From an uncultured delta proteobacterium (lineage in GTDB: Bacteria; Bdellovibrionota; FAC87; UBA2466): a stretch of 64,000 nt of DNA. The notes beneath the pieces are model-generated. The model saw only the letters and a program-made list of their open reading frames with translations, was not told the origin of the DNA and did not search any database. The DNA is taken from the NCBI GenBank assembly GCA_963778115.1, contig CAVZSV010000004.1:896001-960000 (forward strand). Direction: 5' to 3'. A program made the position numbers and the translations under genes. Shown in pieces: positions 1-9,998 of this stretch (the stretch's first letter is position 1; every line of letters starts with the position of its first letter).

Positions 1-346
1 TTTTTCTTCCAAACAGAGAGTGTCCTATTTTTCCCCCGATATCGCGTATCGAATCGACGGGATAAAAATCCGATATCATTTTAAGCGTGAAAGCATTGTA
101 GGCGTTAATGAGATAAGCCATTTGATCTTCTTTCGGCCACGCTTCAAATTGGTCCGTGGTCACTTCCCCCACTTGCGAAAGATAGCCATCCAGAAGCGCC
201 ATATCCCCCTTAATCCCTACATAATCGACGACTCCCTGCTTTACATGCGCTGAGAGCAGTTTGGTGAGATCTTCGTGTTTGGTATCAAAACTCGCAAAAG
301 CCGGGAGAGCGAACAGAAATAGTAGCGCAAATAGGCATTTCGGCAT
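1..346 (-). CDS. DUF547 domain protein, secreted (partial, runs off window start; not in ORF track)
   Basis: Manual minus-strand translation from ATG at 346: MPKCLFALLFLFALPAFASFDTKHEDLTKLLSAHVKQGVVDY...MAYLINAYNAFTLKMI...YPVDSIRDIG. It has a signal peptide, VDY and the INAYNA motif typical of DUF547. GAGG lies upstream and the frame stays open to position 1. Confidence 0.85.
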   Translation of the reverse strand, partial: MPKCLFALLFLFALPAFASFDTKHEDLTKLLSAHVKQGVVDYVGIKGDMALLDGYLSQVGEVTTDQFEAWPKEDQMAYLINAYNAFTLKMISDFYPVDSIRDIGGKIGHSLFGRK

Positions 347-566
347 GATGGGCCCTCTATAGAATAGATTTGAGTCATTATGGGACTTTTGGAGCTCTCT
401 GAAAATGCCTTCTTCTGCGCCATTTTTATCCTTATCATTCCAAAAAGTTATAAATGGTCACTTGATTTTTTTGCCTAATTGGCTATTTTACGCGCATACC
501 TTAAAGATAAGTAACGTGGAGAACGACCGGCGGCCCCCTTAAGCCAAGGTCCAGTCGAGGTGTAAG

Positions 567-881
567 ATGGCGAATAAGAAAATGAGCAAGACCGATAAGA
601 AAGAAGCGGGAGTCTTCTACTATCTAATGATGGGCCCCCATGCGGTGGAAAAGAGATTAGCGGTTTTAGATAAAAAACTGCACCAATGGGAAGCGCGCCT
701 TAAGAAGGTCAGTTGGTTCGACGGCAGATTTAACGGTTTTAAAAAGACCACCGAGCGCGCCCGTTCTATGGCCCATCGAGCACTTGCGGAGATTCAACGC
801 GAACGCGCCGCTTTGAAAAATTTTGTCGGAGATACCTTACGTCCTTGGGAAACCAAGAAAAGTGGCCCGGCCCCCTTGTAA
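567..881 (+). CDS. Hypothetical basic, helical protein (104 aa)
   Basis: ATG with GAGGTG SD-like sequence upstream; fills the gap divergent from the DUF547 gene; no family recognised. Confidence 0.55.
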   Translation: MANKKMSKTDKKEAGVFYYLMMGPHAVEKRLAVLDKKLHQWEARLKKVSWFDGRFNGFKKTTERARSMAHRALAEIQRERAALKNFVGDTLRPWETKKSGPAPL

Positions 882-898
882 TCCGTTTAGCAAACTGA

Positions 899-1054
899 TC
901 AATGTCCCGTGGGAGCGCTTGAGACGCCGTGATACTTAATCACCGGAGCCTGAGCGCTATTTTTTACCGGCGTACCGGTACCAACGGGTGTTGTCGTCCG
1001 CGTACAACCCGCTCCAAGTAAAACCAAAAGACAGATGAGAGTCTTCATTTTCAT
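899..1054 (-). CDS. Small lipoprotein (51 aa; below ORF-track cutoff)
   Basis: Manual translation MKMKTLICLLVLLGAGCTRTTTPVGTGTPVKNSAQAPVIKYHGVSSAPTGH*. Basic N-terminus, hydrophobic core, lipobox-like GAG-C and GAGG SD upstream. Confidence 0.65.
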   Translation of the reverse strand: MKMKTLICLLVLLGAGCTRTTTPVGTGTPVKNSAQAPVIKYHGVSSAPTGH

Positions 1055-1135
1055 GGGGTACCTCTTTTCAGGCCTACTCTAACGATACCGCATCTGGCTA
1101 TCGATCGCGTGCCTAATCCACAACATTTTACAGTC

Positions 1136-1177
1136 TTCACAATTTAGGACTAGCTTCAGGATAAAGAAAATTGTGAA
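1136..1177. promoter_or_regulatory. 10-bp inverted repeat (TTCACAATTT-N22-AAATTGTGAA), possible regulator site
   Basis: Perfect inverted repeat in the divergent intergenic region before the giant adhesin; TATAAT at 1216-1221. Confidence 0.3.
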
Positions 1178-1259
1178 TTCTTTGGGGGTTTGTACCGCTT
1201 ACCAATACGCCGCGTTATAATAACAATATACCTAGCGGGACGTATGTGAGGTCTAGTCT

Positions 1260-4200
1260 GTGTTCAAACTCTCCAAATTACTTGTTCTCCTATTTGCCTG
1301 CCTAATAAGCGTGTCGGCCCTGGCCGACACCCTTAGCAGCGGCTGGGATTTTAGCGTCGCGTGCTATCCCTACGGAACTACTGGTTCGGGTTCCTTCGAA
1401 TTTTCTTGCCCCACCCTCGACGGTTCATCGGGAACTTGCGGTCGGACTAGTACGGAATTTACCCAACTCTCTTTGGGTAGCTCCTACACCGGCACCGGCA
1501 ATCCCCAATCCACCACGGTCTACGCGGTCCAGACGGGTGACGTGCTCATTGTTCCTCCTATTTTAAGCACCGAATACGAGCCTATCTTTTCCGTCTCAAC
1601 AGCCGCTCTCACCACAGGAACGTATCAAGCCAATTGGATCAACGTTCAGTGGGACACGGGTACGGCAACCCTAACCGATAACTACCTCATAGGAACCGCG
1701 AGCGTGAATCCCGCCACAGGTGCCGGGGGAAACGGGGTTGTTCTTACCGGACAGTGGGACATTAACGGAAGTGTCTACTGGTCTTCGACCGTAAATATGC
1801 CGGGGACTTGGGGGAGCGGCGACAGCGCTGGAGTCTATACTGCTTCGGGCGGTGGAGGAGATCTTGAAGGAACCGCTTATTTCACCGCAGCGGGAGCCGG
1901 CGCCTTTAAGACCTCTCCAGGAAGAGCCACCTTCTTTTTTCCTCAACAAAACTTAGTTCTGTCCACCATCGGTAGCACCACATTTGCCGGTATCATGTAC
2001 GACGCCAACTCCTCGGATGCCGTAAAAAATATGCAAGTCGTAAGTAACTCCGCGGGAACCAGTTTTACTAGTCGCCCCTATTCGAATCCTAGTACAGGAA
2101 CTATCGATTCGTCTTTTACCGATACGATATCTTTTACGAGCACCAATACCCCCGCTAACGGAATGTTCTTAGGAACCGTGACACGTACGGGAACGGGTGC
2201 AGGTACAGGAAACATCGCGTGCATCGCAAACACGGTAGATAACATTCGTGTAATCTGTTCCGGACAATCTCCAAGTAACAATTCAATTCCTTTTACTTTG
2301 AGTTTCTCGTTTACTCCCGTTCCTTATTTTTCTGGCTCCCCGGTTATCGGCACGGTAACGGGTTCTTCCATCCAAATCACCTGGGATTCAGGGGGCGGAG
2401 ATCCGAATGGTTACCAAATCGTGTACAACACAGGTAGCACTCCGCCGTCGGATTGTTCCACGGGCACGGTGATTAGTAGCTCTCAGATTGGAAGTGCTAC
2501 TTCGTACGTGGTTTCGGGATTAAATGGTGGTACGGAATATAGCTTTCAAATCTGCGCTATCGACAATGCGGGAAACCCTGACCCCGCCAATTCCGAGATC
2601 GTAAGCGCCACCACCGAATCCGCCTCGCAATACTTGTTTGTCACTCAAAACGCCTATACCGGAAATATGGAGTCGGTCTACTGGGCCGATTTCGACTGCC
2701 AACAGGAAGCCATTAGCAACGGACTCAGCGGAACTTGGAAAGCACTATTATCGACGTCAACTTCGGTCGCCAATTCCCGAATCAACATTACCGGCCCCGT
2801 CTATAACTTGTACTCCGGGGGCTCACAAGAACTAGTTACCGGAGAAATTGGGTTCTGGTCGGGATCTCTTTCGGCCTATCCCAATTTCTATGCGAATGGA
2901 AATTACGCTTACCAGGGGATATGGACAGGATCTAACAACGACGGTTCTTTATCCTCCAATGGAAACTGCACGGATTGGACCTCCACTAGCGGTAATGCCG
3001 AATATGGAAATTCCAATACTACTTCAAACTGGCTGGCTTGGGGGGCGCCCGGTTGCGGGTCGAGCCTACATCTTTATTGTGTAAACGGGCAATCCTCCAG
3101 CGGAACTCCCAACGACCCCAGTAACCTCACTTACTTGTATGCCGATACCAGCATGAACTTTTCTTGGAACACCGGGGGAGGAACCACGGCGGGATATAAG
3201 ATCGCCTATCAAACGGGAGCGACAGCACCCAGTGATTGTAGTTCGGGAACGGTAGTTACTTCCACTACGATCGGACACAACACTTCGTATATTGTGACAG
3301 GACTAACTGCTGGCACTCAATACTCGTTCCGTCTTTGTGCAGTCAACAGCGACTCCTCGGCAGCGTCGGCGGGAATAACAACGACTCTCACCACCAATTC
3401 AGAATCTCAAGTCCAGCACCTATTTGTCACGCAGGGTGCTTATACGGGAAACATGCAATCGGTCTATTGGGCCGATTATGCCTGCCAGCAGGAAGCCATC
3501 AACAATAGTTTGACTGGAACTTGGCGCGCCCTGCTATCAACCACCGGTGCGGCAGCCAACAGCCGAATTTCCACCACCTACGCCATTTACAATACCAATG
3601 GATCGGGAAACCAGTTACTCGCCTTTTCCGGAAGTGATCTTTGGACGGGAAATGCACGTGCTAATCCCAACTTCTACGCCAATGGAAGTTATGCCTATCA
3701 GGGCATATGGACCGGATCTAATAACGATGGTTCTTTGTCTTCTAACGGAAACTGTAGTGATTGGACTACCACTAGCGGGAATGCAGAATATGGAAATTCT
3801 AATACCCCGACGAACTGGCTCACGTGGGGAACACCAGGTTGCGGTGCCAGTTTGCATCTTTATTGCGTCAGCGGGCAGGCTTCCAGTGGAACTCCTACCC
3901 CTCCAAGCAGCTTGAGCGATACCTTATCCGATACGAGCATTAACTTCTCCTGGAATGCGGGAGGGGGAACGACTGCGGGCTATCAGATCGCCTATCAAGC
4001 GGGTGCGACACCGCCCGCCAATTGTAATTCGGGGACGGTCATTTCCTCTGCTAGCATCGGACACAATACCTCTTACATTGTGACCGGACTTACCGCGGGG
4101 ACTCAGTATTCTTTTATCGTCTGCTCGGTAAACAGCGATTCTACTCTTGATTCGACAGGAATCACGGCCACCCTTACCACTAACTCATCGTCTCAGATCC

Positions 4201-7200
4201 AACACATGTTCGTTACGGCAAATGCCTACACTGGAAATATGGAATCGGTTTATTGGGCGGATTTCTATTGTCAGCAAGACGCCATCAACAATGGATACAC
4301 GGGAACTTGGAAGGCACTAGTCTCTACGACATCAACTAATGCTAATAGCCGCATCACCACCAATTATGCCACCTACAACACTTACGGTTCGGGCAATCAA
4401 CTGCTTGCCTATTCCGGAAGTGATATGTGGTCGGGAAACCTACGCAACAGCCCTAACTATTACGCCAATGGAAGCTACGCGTATCAGAGCCTCTGGACGG
4501 GATCTAATAGCGATGGTTCCCTATCTTCCAATGGAAACTGTAGCGATTGGACGACCACCAGCGGGAGTGGGCAATATGGAAACAGCAATAGCTCTAGCGC
4601 TAGTTGGATAAGTAACGGAACTCCGGGTTGCGGTAGCTCCATGCATCTTTACTGTGTCAGCGGACAAGCTTCCAGCGGAACACCTAATAATCCGAGTAAT
4701 CTCACCTATACTTACGCCGACACTAGCATGAATTTCTCGTGGACCAACGGTGGGGGAACGACGGCGGGATATGTGATCGCTTATCAAACGGGAGCAACCG
4801 CACCTAGTAACTGTGCTTCGGGAACCGTGGTTGCTTCTTCGACCATCGGACACAGCAACCAGTACATTGTCACTGGATTAACGGCGGGAACTCAGTATTC
4901 CTTCCGTCTGTGTGCGGTGAATAGCGACTCCACAGCCGCCTCGACGGGAATCACGGCAACCCTCACCACCAACTCGTCGACTCAGATCCAACACATGTTC
5001 GTTACGGCAAGTGGCTACACCGGAAACATGGAATCGGTTTATTGGGCGGATTTCTATTGTCAGCAAGACGCCCTTAACAATGGATACACGGGTACCTGGA
5101 AGGCGCTACTCTCGACCTCAACGGCCAATGCCAATAGCCGTATCACCACCAATTACGCTACCTACAACACTTATGGCTCGGGCAATCAACTGCTTGCCTA
5201 TTCCGGAAGTGATATGTGGTCGGGAAATCTACGCAACAGTCCTAACTTCTACGCCAATGGTAATGCGGCTTACGCTGGCGTATGGACAGGATCTAACAGC
5301 GACGGTTCTTTATCTTCTAACGGAGACTGCACCGATTGGACTACCACCAGTGGTGGTGCTCAATATGGTGCTAGCCTCACCTCTACCTCTGGCTGGATCA
5401 GTAATGGAACTCCGAATTGCAACAATGGATCCATGCATCTGTATTGTGTCAGCGGACAAGCTTCCAGCGGAACACCTAATAATCCGAGTAATCTCACCTA
5501 TACTTACGCCGACACTAGCATGAATTTCTCGTGGACCAACGGTGGGGGAACGACGGCGGGATATGTGATCGCTTATCAAACGGGAGCAACCGCACCTAGT
5601 AACTGTGCTTCGGGAACCGTGGTTGCTTCTTCGACCATCGGACACAGCAACCAGTACATTGTCACTGGATTAACGGCGGGAACTCAGTATTCCTTCCGTC
5701 TGTGTGCGGTGAATAGCGACTCCACAGCCGCCTCGACGGGAATCACGGCAACCCTCACCACCAACTCGTCGACTCAGATCCAACACATGTTCGTTACGGC
5801 AAGTGGCTACACCGGAAACATGGAATCGGTTTATTGGGCGGATTTCTATTGTCAGCAAGATGCCCTTAACAATGGATACACGGGTACCTGGAAGGCGCTA
5901 CTCTCGACCTCAACGGCCAATGCCAATAGCCGTATCACCACCAATTACGCTACCTACAACACTTATGGCTCGGGCAATCAACTGCTTGCCTATTCCGGAA
6001 GTGATATGTGGTCGGGAAATCTACGCAACAGTCCTAACTTCTACGCCAATGGTAATGCGGCTTACGCTGGCGTATGGACAGGATCTAACAGCGACGGTTC
6101 TTTATCTTCTAACGGAGACTGCACCGATTGGACTACCACCAGTGGTGGTGCTCAATATGGTGCTAGCCTCACCTCTACCTCTGGCTGGATCAGTAATGGA
6201 ACTCCGAATTGCAACAATGGATCCATGCATCTGTATTGTGTCAGCGGACAAGCTTCCAGCGGAACACCTAATAATCCGAGTAATCTCACCTATACTTACG
6301 CCGACACTAGCATGAATTTCTCGTGGACCAACGGTGGGGGAACGACGGCGGGATATGTGATCGCTTATCAAGCGGGAGACACCGCTCCTAGTAACTGTGC
6401 TTCGGGAACTGTGATTTCCTCTTCTACTATCGGACACAACACGGCTTATATTTTGACTGGTCTTACTGCCGGAGTGCAGTACTCTTTCCGGCTCTGCGCG
6501 GTGAATAGCGATTCCACAGCTGCCTCAACGGGAATTACGGCGACCCTCACCACCGAATCAGAATCTCAATTAGAGCACCTCTTTGTCACGGCCAATGGCT
6601 ATAACGGAGATTTAGGTGGCCAGAGTGGGGCGGACAGCATTTGTATGACAGAAGCTAGCACTGCCAGTTTGAGTGGAACTTGGAAAGCTGTGCTCTCCAC
6701 AACATCGGTCAATGCACAGAGTTACATCAGTACATCTTACGCGATCTATAACATGAATAATCAGCTGCTAGCCTATTCGGGAAATGATATGTGGTCGGGA
6801 AACCTTCGCGCCAATCCCAATTACTACCCCAACGGAAGTGCGGCCTACGCTGGCGTATGGACAGGATCCAACAGCAATGGAACTTTATCCTCTAACGGAA
6901 ACTGTAGCGACTGGAGTACGACGAGTGGGGGAGGCCAATATGGAGCTAGCAGCACCTCTGGATCTGGCTGGCTCAGTAACGGAACTCCAAATTGCAACAA
7001 TGGCTCCCTACATCTTTACTGCATTAGTGGACAATCGAGCAGTGCAAGCCTAAACGATCCCTCCAATCTATCGAGCACTCCTTCTGATTTTGGGGTGACA
7101 TTAAACTGGACATCCGGAGGAGGCTCGACAGCGGCTTTCCAAATCGCCTATCAAACGGGAGCGACCCCTCCTAGCGACTGTAACTCCGGGACGGTCATCT

Positions 7201-9065
7201 CTTACTCCACGATTGGTTCGGCGAGCTCTTATCCTATTTCGGGTTTAACTAGCCAAACTTACGCGGTCCGGCTTTGCGCGGTAACCAGCGGTGATACTTC
7301 CATGTCGTCGGGTATCACCACTGTCTTTACTCCAAATCCAGTCGAATACATTTTCGTTACGAGTGGGACCTATACCGGAAATCTCGGTGGATTGAGCGGG
7401 GCAGACACTATTTGTAACACTGAAGCGGCAAGTGCGGGGCTCAGTGGAACTTGGAAAGCTATCCTCTCAACGTCGAGTACCAACGCGAACACCGGGGTCG
7501 GTGGCGACAACGGCCAGGGAGTGACCATCTCTTATGACGTCTACGACACCTTGAACAATTTGATAGCGAACGGCCCCCTTACCTTCTGGGACGGCACCCA
7601 TAGTGCGCCAATTTCTTACCATGCGGACGGATCGGGGTTGGGCGGCAGCACCTCCGTCTGGACCGGTTCGGGTAATAATGGCGGCGATTGGGCCTATCCG
7701 GATTGCGGGTACTCTAGTTGCGACTGTAACGGTTGGACTTCGAATAGCGCTTCGATCGTTGGGCAAACGGGATCCTCGGGAAGCGAGTCGAGCGATTGGA
7801 TAAATCAATCTAGTAGCGCTTGTAATACTTCGCAGCCTCTTTACTGCGTCAGCGTTTACACTCCGCCCACGGCGGCTTCGGCATGTTCCTCCTCGGGTTC
7901 CATCTGCACCATCATAGGTAATACCAGTCTTAAGAATACGTCCTCGGGTGACGGCGGTGCGGCTACAAGCGCTGGTCTAAACGTTCCTTGGGGGATCGCG
8001 GTCAATACTTCAGGAGATGTATATTTCACTGAACATACTACCCTGCGAATGGTCCCGGCCGCCTCAGGCACGTACTTCGGACAAGCCATGACAGGCGGAA
8101 ACATCTACACTATCGCAGGCGGTGGCAGTTCGTTTGGAAACAACATCCTTGCCACAACGGCCGAACTGTCTGCCCCGTATCAGGTTGCCCTTGATACCGC
8201 CGGAAATGTGTACTTCAACGACTGGGGTCTAGGCACCGTTCGTATGATTCCCGCGACATCGGGAACGTACTTCGGGCAAACGATGACGGCAAATTACATC
8301 TATACCATCGCCGGCAGTGGAGGGGGCGAATATACGAATGCCCTTGGTGCCCTGGCCACAACGCAACCTTTGGAACCCGATAACGTGACGCTCGATAGCT
8401 CCGGGAACGTGTATATCGCCGACGACTTTGGATTCGTCTACATGGTGCCCGCAAGCTCCGGAACCTATTACGGCCAATCGATGACAGCGGCTCACATCTA
8501 TGTGATTGCCGGAAGTTATGACCTAGATGGGGCATATTCCAATTCCGTCCAAGCGACCTCCGCCAACTTGGATAACGCCCTAGTAGCCCTCGATCCTCTA
8601 GGTAACTTGTTCATTTCGAGCGGTTTCAGTGTCGTTCAAATGGTGCCGGTAAACTCCGGGACCAATTTTGGCATTAGCATGACCTCAGAATATCTCTATA
8701 CCATTATTGGAGCTGAAAGTGAGACGGGAGGATACAGCGGAGACGGAGGGGCCGCAACGAGTGCCCTTATCAACAATCCTTGGATCAACATGGACAGTTC
8801 GGGAAACTTATTTATCGGAGACTCCGATAACCAAGTGATTCGAATGGTTCCTGCAAGCTCCGGAACGTACTATGGCCAGTCCATGACCGCCCATGACATC
8901 TATACGATTGCCGGAAACTATGCTTCGGGGATCGGTTATTCTGGCGATGGAGGGGCGGCGACGAGCGCCCAGCTAAATTATCCGCGTTTCACCGCTAAGG
9001 ACGGCGCCGGCAACCTCTATATCGTGGATGCGGCGGATGGGGTTATTCGGATGGTGAAGCACTAA
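1260..9065 (+). CDS. Giant secreted adhesin-like protein: N-terminal domain, 7x (fibronectin type III + DUF1554/endostatin-like) modules, C-terminal NHL-repeat beta-propeller
   Basis: Signal peptide (ALA-D). FN3 motifs W...GYxIAY...Y.VTGLTAGTQYSFRLCAVN alternate with HxFVT...AD..C...GTWKAxLS...WTGS...NCxDW...C....LYCV. The C-terminus has SGDGGAATSA and repeated RMVPAxSGTYxGQxMTAxxIYTIAG blades. Very S/T/G/N-rich. Confidence 0.85.
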   Translation: MFKLSKLLVLLFACLISVSALADTLSSGWDFSVACYPYGTTGSGSFEFSCPTLDGSSGTCGRTSTEFTQLSLGSSYTGTGNPQSTTVYAVQTGDVLIVPPILSTEYEPIFSVSTAALTTGTYQANWINVQWDTGTATLTDNYLIGTASVNPATGAGGNGVVLTGQWDINGSVYWSSTVNMPGTWGSGDSAGVYTASGGGGDLEGTAYFTAAGAGAFKTSPGRATFFFPQQNLVLSTIGSTTFAGIMYDANSSDAVKNMQVVSNSAGTSFTSRPYSNPSTGTIDSSFTDTISFTSTNTPANGMFLGTVTRTGTGAGTGNIACIANTVDNIRVICSGQSPSNNSIPFTLSFSFTPVPYFSGSPVIGTVTGSSIQITWDSGGGDPNGYQIVYNTGSTPPSDCSTGTVISSSQIGSATSYVVSGLNGGTEYSFQICAIDNAGNPDPANSEIVSATTESASQYLFVTQNAYTGNMESVYWADFDCQQEAISNGLSGTWKALLSTSTSVANSRINITGPVYNLYSGGSQELVTGEIGFWSGSLSAYPNFYANGNYAYQGIWTGSNNDGSLSSNGNCTDWTSTSGNAEYGNSNTTSNWLAWGAPGCGSSLHLYCVNGQSSSGTPNDPSNLTYLYADTSMNFSWNTGGGTTAGYKIAYQTGATAPSDCSSGTVVTSTTIGHNTSYIVTGLTAGTQYSFRLCAVNSDSSAASAGITTTLTTNSESQVQHLFVTQGAYTGNMQSVYWADYACQQEAINNSLTGTWRALLSTTGAAANSRISTTYAIYNTNGSGNQLLAFSGSDLWTGNARANPNFYANGSYAYQGIWTGSNNDGSLSSNGNCSDWTTTSGNAEYGNSNTPTNWLTWGTPGCGASLHLYCVSGQASSGTPTPPSSLSDTLSDTSINFSWNAGGGTTAGYQIAYQAGATPPANCNSGTVISSASIGHNTSYIVTGLTAGTQYSFIVCSVNSDSTLDSTGITATLTTNSSSQIQHMFVTANAYTGNMESVYWADFYCQQDAINNGYTGTWKALVSTTSTNANSRITTNYATYNTYGSGNQLLAYSGSDMWSGNLRNSPNYYANGSYAYQSLWTGSNSDGSLSSNGNCSDWTTTSGSGQYGNSNSSSASWISNGTPGCGSSMHLYCVSGQASSGTPNNPSNLTYTYADTSMNFSWTNGGGTTAGYVIAYQTGATAPSNCASGTVVASSTIGHSNQYIVTGLTAGTQYSFRLCAVNSDSTAASTGITATLTTNSSTQIQHMFVTASGYTGNMESVYWADFYCQQDALNNGYTGTWKALLSTSTANANSRITTNYATYNTYGSGNQLLAYSGSDMWSGNLRNSPNFYANGNAAYAGVWTGSNSDGSLSSNGDCTDWTTTSGGAQYGASLTSTSGWISNGTPNCNNGSMHLYCVSGQASSGTPNNPSNLTYTYADTSMNFSWTNGGGTTAGYVIAYQTGATAPSNCASGTVVASSTIGHSNQYIVTGLTAGTQYSFRLCAVNSDSTAASTGITATLTTNSSTQIQHMFVTASGYTGNMESVYWADFYCQQDALNNGYTGTWKALLSTSTANANSRITTNYATYNTYGSGNQLLAYSGSDMWSGNLRNSPNFYANGNAAYAGVWTGSNSDGSLSSNGDCTDWTTTSGGAQYGASLTSTSGWISNGTPNCNNGSMHLYCVSGQASSGTPNNPSNLTYTYADTSMNFSWTNGGGTTAGYVIAYQAGDTAPSNCASGTVISSSTIGHNTAYILTGLTAGVQYSFRLCAVNSDSTAASTGITATLTTESESQLEHLFVTANGYNGDLGGQSGADSICMTEASTASLSGTWKAVLSTTSVNAQSYISTSYAIYNMNNQLLAYSGNDMWSGNLRANPNYYPNGSAAYAGVWTGSNSNGTLSSNGNCSDWSTTSGGGQYGASSTSGSGWLSNGTPNCNNGSLHLYCISGQSSSASLNDPSNLSSTPSDFGVTLNWTSGGGSTAAFQIAYQTGATPPSDCNSGTVISYSTIGSASSYPISGLTSQTYAVRLCAVTSGDTSMSSGITTVFTPNPVEYIFVTSGTYTGNLGGLSGADTICNTEAASAGLSGTWKAILSTSSTNANTGVGGDNGQGVTISYDVYDTLNNLIANGPLTFWDGTHSAPISYHADGSGLGGSTSVWTGSGNNGGDWAYPDCGYSSCDCNGWTSNSASIVGQTGSSGSESSDWINQSSSACNTSQPLYCVSVYTPPTAASACSSSGSICTIIGNTSLKNTSSGDGGAATSAGLNVPWGIAVNTSGDVYFTEHTTLRMVPAASGTYFGQAMTGGNIYTIAGGGSSFGNNILATTAELSAPYQVALDTAGNVYFNDWGLGTVRMIPATSGTYFGQTMTANYIYTIAGSGGGEYTNALGALATTQPLEPDNVTLDSSGNVYIADDFGFVYMVPASSGTYYGQSMTAAHIYVIAGSYDLDGAYSNSVQATSANLDNALVALDPLGNLFISSGFSVVQMVPVNSGTNFGISMTSEYLYTIIGAESETGGYSGDGGAATSALINNPWINMDSSGNLFIGDSDNQVIRMVPASSGTYYGQSMTAHDIYTIAGNYASGIGYSGDGGAATSAQLNYPRFTAKDGAGNLYIVDAADGVIRMVKH
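4653..6371 (+). repeat. In-frame 792-bp near-perfect tandem repeat (~2.2 copies)
   Basis: CGGACAAGCTTCCAGC recurs at 4661, 5453 and 6245. The only difference I saw between the full copies is a synonymous GAC/GAT (near 5069 vs 5861). Confidence 0.95.
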
Positions 9066-9080
9066 CCCTCTACTTTGCTT

Positions 9081-9998
9081 CTAAAGCTTGTTATCTAGTT
9101 TTCCGGGCCAAGGCCTGAGGATCTTGCTCTCTTCGAAGACTTGCGTGAGATAAGTACCGTAGCTGCTCTTGGCATAAGACTCCGCACACTTTAGAAGCTG
9201 GGTTCCGTCGATAAATCCGTTATTGAAAGCGATCTCTTCGATGCAAGCGACCTTAAGCCCTTGTCTTGCCTCTATCGTCTGCACAAACTGAGAGGCGGCT
9301 AATAAAGAATCATACGTGCCGCTGTCTAGCCAAGCGACCCCTCGTCCTAATAACTCCACCGAAAGTGTCTTTTCTTTAAGATATCTAAGATTGAGGTCGG
9401 TGATTTCAAGTTCTCCGCGAGCCGAAGGCTTTAACTCTCGCGCGTACTTCACGACATGACTATCGTAGAAGTAAAGTCCGACGACGGCCCATGCACTGCG
9501 TGGAGCCTTGGGTTTTTCTTCAAGACTTACCGCCTTCGCCTTATCATCGAATTCAACGACCCCGTAAGCTTCGGGATTGTTGACGTGGTAAGCAAAGATG
9601 CGAGCCCCCTCGTTGAGGCCTAAAGACGCCGCTTTGGTTACTTTCGCCGCCAATTCCGCCCCGTAAAAAATATTGTCACCCAAGATCAAACACACCGGCG
9701 AATTATCTATAAAGTCGGCGGCAATTAGAAAAGCCTGTGCAATTCCCTCAGGCTTTTTTTGCTCCGCATAGGAGAATTTAATACCGATAGTAGTGCCGTC
9801 TCCCAAGAGCTCCTTAATAATAGGAAGGTCCCTAGGAGTACTAATAATAAGAATGTCGCGAATTCCACCCAACATTAAGGTCGATAGCGGATAATAGATA
9901 GTGGGCTTATCGTAGATAGGTAGTAACTGCTTGCTCAAACACTTGGTAAGTGGGTAGAGCCTAGTGCCGCTTCCCCCCGCTAAGATAATCCCTTTCAT
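9081..9998 (-). CDS. rfbA: Glucose-1-phosphate thymidylyltransferase
   Basis: MKGIILAGGSGTRLYP, KQLLPIYDKP, LILGDN, EEKP, PSARGELEIT, AWLDSGT. Start at ATG 9998 overlaps the rfbB stop (ATGA). Confidence 0.97.
   Translation of the reverse strand: MKGIILAGGSGTRLYPLTKCLSKQLLPIYDKPTIYYPLSTLMLGGIRDILIISTPRDLPIIKELLGDGTTIGIKFSYAEQKKPEGIAQAFLIAADFIDNSPVCLILGDNIFYGAELAAKVTKAASLGLNEGARIFAYHVNNPEAYGVVEFDDKAKAVSLEEKPKAPRSAWAVVGLYFYDSHVVKYARELKPSARGELEITDLNLRYLKEKTLSVELLGRGVAWLDSGTYDSLLAASQFVQTIEARQGLKVACIEEIAFNNGFIDGTQLLKCAESYAKSSYGTYLTQVFEESKILRPWPGKLDNKL

Noticed and set aside
20..438. Track ORFs 20..253 (+) and 241..438 (-)
   Set aside because: They overlap the better-supported DUF547 frame (minus strand, 346 to window start).
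4521..6437. Repeated alternative-frame ORFs (170, 111 and 62 aa)
   Set aside because: They are shadows of the 792-bp in-frame repeat inside the adhesin gene.
2630..7860. Diversity-generating retroelement acting on the lectin-like modules
   Set aside because: No reverse transcriptase or non-coding template repeat in the window; the one difference seen between the near-identical copies is C/T, not adenine-specific.
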